Source of the DNA: Phoronis australis | Taxonomy: Eukaryota; Animalia; Phoronida | Direction: 5' to 3' | Length of the DNA stretch: 64,000 nt | NCBI GenBank assembly: GCA_002633005.1 | Contig: NMRA01000284.1 | Span: 129,489-193,488, forward strand | Part shown: positions 56,761-64,000 of the stretch, one piece after another | How the letters are laid out: every line of letters begins with the position of its first letter | How positions within the stretch are numbered: the first letter of the stretch is position 1 | Notes under the pieces: model-generated | Seen by the model: only the letters and a program-made list of their open reading frames with translations | Database searches by the model: none | Told to the model about the DNA's origin: nothing | Made by a program: the position numbers and the translations under genes

Positions 56761-57869
56761 CCTTTTTGACACGTTCTCCGTGTTTTTTTTTTTGCCTTTA
56801 TTTCTTGGATAATACTTCAGGAATTAAGGAAAATGCTTGATTTTTAGAGGTTAGAACAGAAAAATTTCCTGGGCGGGAAACCCCCCTCCCGACCCGCTCC
56901 CCCCATTCGGTGCTATGCGCATCAACAATCATGGTTTGCGCAAATGCTTACAGCCGGACAAAATGTTGGGCCCCGGCCCCTTGTGATATTCAAGATCCGC
57001 CACTGTACTCCATCAGTAACAGTATCTAGACTTTATTGGAGGAACGGCTTGAGGAATCGTAAGGAAAATCGCCGCGCCATTTGTCAACAGGTTTACATTT
57101 CGAGGTTCGACCTTCGACAGTTTTCTTATTGCAAATTTGGCTGAAGCACGATTGTCACAATAATGCAATTTTCTCGAGATACCAGTCACATAAGTGAACA
57201 CGACCTTGGCTTGCTAGAATTGAAAAAGACAGGCTACGACTCGGCGAGAGTGGAGAGCTCTGTCTAAAAATCGTCACCGTCTTGATATCTACTGCCTTCC
57301 AATCTCGTGAAATGTGGGCATCAACAATTCAATAGTTCATTTATCAGGTGCCAAAATCTCGCTTGCGTTATGTCTGCCGATTTTGTGGAAAAATATACCT
57401 TACTGACTCTTATTCGCTGCTACTTCGTGTACAGTTCGATTGATCCATAATAAATCTCGTAGGGCCTACCGAAAAATATCGTGTAAACACAAATTTAGCA
57501 TGAACTATATAACAGCGAGCACTATTTTACCACCCGGTACAATTCATTCTGCCGGACTAGGGTCGTAGTACAACCATGCATTTATTTTATGACGCTTGTG
57601 ATTCAATTAATCGTGATGACGAAGCAATTGGCAAATAAATAACAATAAGTTTATTGATAAAATCTAAAAGGCCCAGCTACGTAGGCAAGTAACATACAAA
57701 AAAGCACCCGTGCTCTGCTACTTAAGTGCATCAATAACGATTGAGCACGTGACTCAGACTGCATAAAACCAGCACAAATATCACAAACCAGCGGCGAAAT
57801 AAACAAAATTCTATGCCAAAATAAAATTTAAAATGTCTATGCCAAGTACCACAAAAATTTTCTCCTGTT

Positions 57870-58916
57870 CTATTTATTAAAAATGTCCATTACATTGAGT
57901 TCTTGTTCGAAGTCGGGCTTAAAATTCGGCCCGTGGCGGATGTACTTCGCTTTCTTCGCTTCGCTGTACATATCGTCAAAATTCGGCATGACGTGTACAG
58001 TTCTTAAATGCCCGTCTGCACCGTACAAATCGGGATCAAAGACGGGGTTCGCAAGAAAGTCTTCGACATTCACGAGTCGAGAATGACGCTTTTCACTGTG
58101 CGAGTAACGGGAGTACTTTGGAACTACGTCTTCAACAGTTTTGCGCCAGGCGTCAGATAACGTGTTATCTGATTGAGCGCGATTTTCGAGAATTTTTCTT
58201 TCCGTAAACTCTCGCCATGCGTTGAATGTTGCCCCATCATTTTGCGGGGGAGTTGGCTCTTTGTCAGAAACCGGTGATTTCCCCAGCCTTCGGGCAATGC
58301 TGTTTTTGGCCGTATTCATATTGATGTGGGGCATTGAACGTTCTTTCAATGTCCGGAGTTGTTTAACGGCAGGGAATGGCTCATTTCCTGGAACAACATC
58401 AGTTTTCTCGTTGCCAGTGTTTTTAGTGTCCTTTTTGGCGGGAGCAGAGTTGAACTGTTTTACTCGCTCTTGCACGCGCTTGTAATGATCATCACTTGTT
58501 TTATTGTACGCGTTCATCTTTTTACCAGGTTGGTTGTCCATTTCTTCTGGTTTATCAATAGACTGCCTTCTTTCGGCGTTATAAGAGACTGCACGAAACC
58601 GCGACGACGTCATAAATTTGTGCGAAAAGTCCTGCGCTGACTTTCCCGGAGGTTTCTGGAAATGATGATATTTAGTCATGGTTTGTTCGCTCCTTGTGTA
58701 CGGGTCGCCCCGTTTTAACCCAGTAAACCTCGATGTCCTTGCTCGCGTTTTCTGTAGGTCCGTCAAAATTTTTCGTCTCTCGCTTTCAAGGTCGCTCAAG
58801 CCCACTCGCAAAGAGCTTTCCAAGTCTCCGGTGACGTGCAAATTGAGTCGGCGTTCGTCTCTCTTGGCTTGCATTCGCAAACCTTCGGAGTGTCGGAACA
58901 GTTTGCGTTTGTCCAT
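57870..58916 (-). CDS. CCDC190-like basic coiled-coil protein (348 aa, single coding exon)
   Basis: Intact ORF with AAAATG context and an upstream acceptor CTACAG| at 58954. The N-terminal helix (QAKRDERRL...LESERRKILTDLQK) and C-terminal motif (MPNFDDMYSEAKKAKYIRH...EQELNVMDIF) resemble the CCDC190 family as I recall it. AATAAA on the - strand at 57650 and 57581. Confidence 0.75.
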   Translation of the reverse strand: MDKRKLFRHSEGLRMQAKRDERRLNLHVTGDLESSLRVGLSDLESERRKILTDLQKTRARTSRFTGLKRGDPYTRSEQTMTKYHHFQKPPGKSAQDFSHKFMTSSRFRAVSYNAERRQSIDKPEEMDNQPGKKMNAYNKTSDDHYKRVQERVKQFNSAPAKKDTKNTGNEKTDVVPGNEPFPAVKQLRTLKERSMPHINMNTAKNSIARRLGKSPVSDKEPTPPQNDGATFNAWREFTERKILENRAQSDNTLSDAWRKTVEDVVPKYSRYSHSEKRHSRLVNVEDFLANPVFDPDLYGADGHLRTVHVMPNFDDMYSEAKKAKYIRHGPNFKPDFEQELNVMDIFNK

Positions 58917-60532
58917 TTTGCTTTTTTCTTCTTTATATTTCGTTGTTGATAGCCTGTAGCTAGGCCCTCATCTGAAATGAACGAACGTGAAATTAGGCCT
59001 ACTAGTAAGGCTACTACCTGCATTAAACTCGTGTTTTCCTCCAATAAAGTTTTGATTAAGGTCAGTTACCGTTATAAAATTGATCTTAACTCGCTCCTTG
59101 CTCAGTTTTGAAGTGATCTCCAAACAGTTCGCACGGCTATTTCTTCAGCGTGCTGAACTGCCAATTCTTTCGAAGGTCTGACGTCACTTCCAATTTGACT
59201 AGGGAACAAATTGACTCCAATTTCATAAGGGTAAGTAACCTAAAACCCAAATCAAAACTTATTTTTCGCCAAAAAGCACGGATTTAATGCTGATTCACCC
59301 TTTTGATTCTTACATACTAATTAACCGCCTAACGATGTAACCCGACTCTGTATTTGATACAAAAATTAAAACGGGTACGCCGAAAGTCAGCTTACACCAT
59401 TGTTTGCTACAGTCGCTGAATACAGCCAAAGGCGTTTATTTAACAGAATAAAAAGGAAAAGGTCAAATTCAGATTGGTTTTGAATGCCTACCGCCAAGCC
59501 CGTTTACACCCAGGGTGTACTCCACTGTATTTCAGGGGTGGAGGTGAATAACTAGGGTACCAACTGGTTTAGAGAGTGGACTTAGGAAACATTTGTTGGG
59601 ACATCGGTATGAACAAGTCCCATTTCGTAGAGTTTTGTTATATAAACACCTGAAGTTAAAAGGTGAATTTGCATGCCACTAACTACATGTATGTGTATAG
59701 AGTATATCAGAAACTAAGCATTAATAAACCATCCATAATTTGTAAATTTAAATGTGGAACCAAAAATATGCAATTGGGTGATTTTTGCACTTCTAGACAG
59801 ATATAGCCCTCGTCATGCTGTCATATTTCCCAGCGTAACCTCTGTACTTACTAAGACACCTCCGTGATTTTCGGGCGTCATTTTTTCGACAAACAGTTTA
59901 CATGCCGCTTTATAATTATCATCGCAGGTGTGTTGCATTTTTAACCTGTTTGGTGAGATAATAAAATTTTCAATGATTAGCATGAAAATTTCCCTTTAAT
60001 TGTACGAACCGATCCCTTCCTCGAGAATTCCTCGACATCTGTCTGATTCTCGAACAGAACACGGAGGGGTGTCATGTCAAAAATGATTACCTTTTTGCAA
60101 CCCAAAATAGGCTATGTTGAAAATGCTTCTGTAGATTTTTGAGTTGCAAAAAGAAACCTTCCAATCTCCCAAATTGAACCTTTTTGTTAGTGATGCAATC
60201 GAGTCGTGGGAAATTTTGTCGGTTAGTATAAAGGGCACCCCCCTGAACATACACCTCTTCGTTCCATAAAGGGTTATCCGTAGGGAGCACCTGTGGAACC
60301 TACTACAACGTCGTAGTAATTATTTCTTTCTTTTGTCCCATATTCACTCGTTCTACATTTATCACTATTTTACCAGCCAATTTCAAGCATTTTAAAGAAA
60401 ATAATCGATTTTCGCTACGATCCCGACATCTTCCATACGCCGCCCCCCTTAGCTTTCTTTTAAGATAACCGGATGCAGTTTGAGCCGGCGAAGGATTAGC
60501 GGGGAAAAATAATCAAGACATGCCGGAGTAGA

Positions 60533-60668
60533 CAGTAACGTTAGGACCTCGCTAAAAAGCAAGACTTCGCAAGATTACGTGAGATATTGCCGTGTATTTT
60601 AAACGAGAACACGGTGATTTTGCCTAGATTTTAGCGAGGTCCTAGCGTAGGTCCTAGCACTACTGAAC
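60533..60668. mobile_element. MITE, inverted copy of 56368-56508
   Basis: CAGTAACGTTAGGACCT ... AGGTCCTAGCGTAGGTCCTAGCACTACTGAAC. Confidence 0.75.
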
Positions 60669-62453
60669 TCTGTCAAGAACCATTGGTTCTCGCATGCCTT
60701 CATTCCGGTTCATCAAAATTCTAACGCAGCTGTTTGTCAAAGGCACCCCCACTGGTCGATGGGAACACAACAATTACAATGCGGATGGTACTGCATAATA
60801 AAGGGTTGTCTTATCTAAAGGTCCTCGTACAATGTTGACAAAAGGTGAGTCGATGAATCGTGACGCGGCTTAGTCAAGTTCTGCATGGTTCACGGTAATA
60901 CGTAATACTTCGTCTACGAGGGCAAAGACCACGTTAAATACATCAAATTATATGTTGCCGTCCCAAACTAATCTATATAATGTTTATACATTTTCGAATG
61001 TCAGTTGGGCGGAACCGAGTCCGCAGCCGGTTGGAATCGGAAATTAAAAACTCCCGTACTGTGGCATTGAAAAAAAATAATTGCGCAATCTGTCATCCTA
61101 TCGCCCTCGTCATCTTCACTTTCATTTACGATAACCACAGGCACGTCATCGCTGTGTCGTTTTCATTGCGATATTTGAAAATTTGTGGCCACGAAAAAAT
61201 CCCACACTCTAACACAAAAGCCCTATCACACATTGTCCATCCATGGCAGTTTGATAATACGCCATGCCATGAACCGTGTCCAAGCTGACGACAAAAACTA
61301 AGCCCGAAGACGCGGTGCCACAAACGCTGAGCAGCATAGACGATACGGAGCCGCCAGTGCCATCAGGAATCTCCGTCATGTCAACACAACTTCAACAGAA
61401 GCAAACACGTTTCATGGCGATCGGTTGTTGTGTGAGATCCTCATAAATCCGTGTACATTTGAAGGCCAGTTCACAAATTGCTGGACAGGTGCCAGAGTGC
61501 GATGCGTGGCACCAGCTACTTTAATTCGTCACCGGATAGCCGAGTAAGGCATTACCATAGTATACAACCCCCAATGAACAAAGAGGACCACTGGCAACCG
61601 TTACAAAATTAAAACATGTGGTCTTGGCCATTTAAATACACCTATCCCATTCACCGTGTAAAAAACGTCAGCCTGCGGTCGCCGAAACAGCCGAGATAAC
61701 GCCGTTTTACACCGCCGTCAAACGGCAGTGAAACTAAGCAAGCGGTGTACACTATAGCAAACGTGAAAACAGTCTATAAGTCTATAGTAGGGGGCAAAGG
61801 GGCAATTGCCCCGGATTCCCCTATTTCAGACAGAATGTTGAATTCCACACAAAATAGTAACGCTAATTTATTATATCATGGGCCCCTCATGAGAACGGGC
61901 CCCTTCATCAATCAGGGTTCGTGACATCATTTCAAAAACTTATATGATCAACACAAACGCAAAAACCGACACCTTCGGATTCTCTAGGTTTGCCCATTTA
62001 GGTCTGAAACTCTGGAAAATTGCTTTGGAAAGCTGTGCATGTCGTACTTTCTCAGATTTTTCTAGTGTTTGTAAGTGAGGTGGTGCCCCGACTTAAGTGT
62101 GTGCAGAAAATACTTGCTACTGGTGGCCACTTGGCAAAAGTCCCCCCCCCCACCCCCTCCCGACGAGTAATTAAATTCAACCCTGAACAGAATGACTGGT
62201 TCACCTGCACTGCACCTCTTTTTGTAAAGAAAACTGTGGACTGTCACATCGCGTCAATCGCAGCGCCACCGCGTGGCTCTGTGATGCACCGTGTTTGCTT
62301 ACGACGCGAATGCAGAGACACCGTGTTGCCACTGTGTTCACATCCTCGACCAGCGTTTGCATAATGACTCACCTTGTCCGGTAGAAAATGACCGGCTGTT
62401 CTTCTGTGATTATGCATGGACAAGGTCAACGTTTTCAGACCGACGACACTCAA

Positions 62454-62705
62454 CATAGACGGATATAAGGGGGGGGGGGGGGGGGGCCAGGCCCCTCTTC
62501 TTGGCTGCCGCAAGCAAAATGAAACAGCAACATCGTGAAGCGTGAGGAAATATTGAGTTGAGGTCAGTACCAAGAACCGGCAGGGGGGGGGGGAGGGGCT
62601 TCGTGTTTTTAGTCCACTCAAACCGCCTGTGCAAATGCAATAGCGCTTTGCCCAATTCCCGGAGGCAACATGTTGGCCCCCTCATGGATCCTACATCCGC
62701 CACTG
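62454..62705 (+). mobile_element. MITE of the CATAG(A/G)CGGAT...ATCCGCCACTG family
   Basis: CTCAA[CATAGACGGAT ... ATCCGCCACTG]CTCGA: 5-bp flanks match at 4/5, with poly-G after the 5' end. Confidence 0.7.
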
Positions 62706-64000
62706 CTCGAGACCGTATCGCTAACGAGCATGGTCCATTGCAATACCACCAAGACCTCTACGAAAATTTAACAATATTTTAAAACTGTTGAATGCCCGCG
62801 AACCCAGTGTTGCAAATTACCGAACAGCCGAGAACCGCCGACTGAACAGGTAATGTACGAAAGAGGCCGAAGGAAGTGCAATCTACTTACGGGCCATCTA
62901 TTTCACAGCGGGGTACTATAATTTATAAGGTTGGTAGGCGCGACGTGTAGTGTGACATTTCTGGGCTAAAGTTTCCCAGGAGAAGGTATCTTTTCCGATT
63001 AAATTCAATACGAACGGTTCACTTCTTAGGTTGCAAAAAGGGTCCATTATGTTGTGGTTCGTTGCGTTATAAAAACAATACGGTGGAAAGGTGTTCTTAT
63101 TCCATTTAAATTTAACCTCTACAAACGAATTGAGTTGGAGTAAAACTTCTACAAAAGGTGACTTGTTTAGAATTTCTCGCAACAAATGGGTCCTCTTAAT
63201 CGGGCTTACTCCCTAAAACGACGGGCTTCCATCTTGCTGACTTATACATCAAACGTGTAGTCGAACTCAGGTCACCCTCGATTGATTCTAATCGTACAAC
63301 TGCGACTGTGCCCATTCATAGACACCAGTTTCCTCAGGATAGTATGTTGACACTCGGATCTACTGCTTAGTCATTCGAGTACGCTTCAATATAAATGTTA
63401 ACAAAAACTTACGCCTGGTTTAAGAAAATCGCTTAACATTTGCAAACAACGCAAAAGGTTAAAGTTGTCGTCTGTGTCAGGCTGTTCGACGAAATGGAAA
63501 GAGAGAGGGGGCAGATCTTTATAGCTACCTACACGTTAAGTAGGTAAAAATCATAAATTCTCAGAGATCGGACCAGAAATGTTATTTGAAAGAAAAATTA
63601 TCCATTACTTGCTGGCTATAGAGCGAATTTTCACATTCCTCAGCTAATTTTCTGCTTATTCAAAATTCATCTCACCTGATATATAAACATGTGTGTCGGT
63701 TCCTAGGGCTTTGTTAAATTTTTTTAAGTCAGCCGTGAGACATCAAGTTTGTCAGAGGAACACGACTTCTACTGCGTGGACCTTCTTCAGACTGTATAGT
63801 CTCGTACGATTGTCCACAAGTTAAAATCGATTAAAGTAAACAAGATAAACTATACCTTGTACACACCTCGAAATCTTGTCCGGAGCTTCTCGGAAAAGTA
63901 GAATTAAGTTGTAAAGAAATGTATCTAGTTACAACCAGCAGTCAGTCCGGATCTTTAACATACCTCAGTGAGTTTTATCTACAAAAGCTGTCATTAGATC

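Larger units (their letters stand above)
56032..57005 (+). mobile_element. Composite non-autonomous DNA transposon with 5-bp TSD
   Basis: TACTC[CATAGGCGGAT ... ATCCGCCACTG]TACTC. Contains the 280-bp repeat, a nested MITE and a tRNA-like head. Confidence 0.75.

Overview
Eukaryotic genomic DNA from an intron-rich animal, most likely an invertebrate; the assembly is draft quality, with three single-N joins, one 5-N run and a 960-N gap. Five protein-coding genes are supported. (1) GOLGA2/GM130, + strand, 20 exons in 1410-20933, 5' end outside the window. (2) An uncharacterised multi-pass membrane protein, - strand, 24679-25818. (3) RPS18, - strand, 6 coding exons, 152 aa. (4) VPS52, + strand, 19 exons, ~702 aa, head-to-head with RPS18 with the two inferred ATGs about 65 bp apart. 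(5) A CCDC190-like gene, - strand, 57870-58916. VPS52 has two minor-spliceosome (U12) introns, and one must end AT...AA to keep the frame. RPS18 introns hold candidate H/ACA RNAs. Two minisatellites are built from real exon/intron junctions. tRNA-derived SINEs and several MITE families are present, one with 5-bp TSDs. Three apparent exon duplications are most likely uncollapsed haplotypes at N joins. There is no CRISPR or prokaryotic-type system. All gene models and folds were worked out by eye, and homology calls are from memory of the families.
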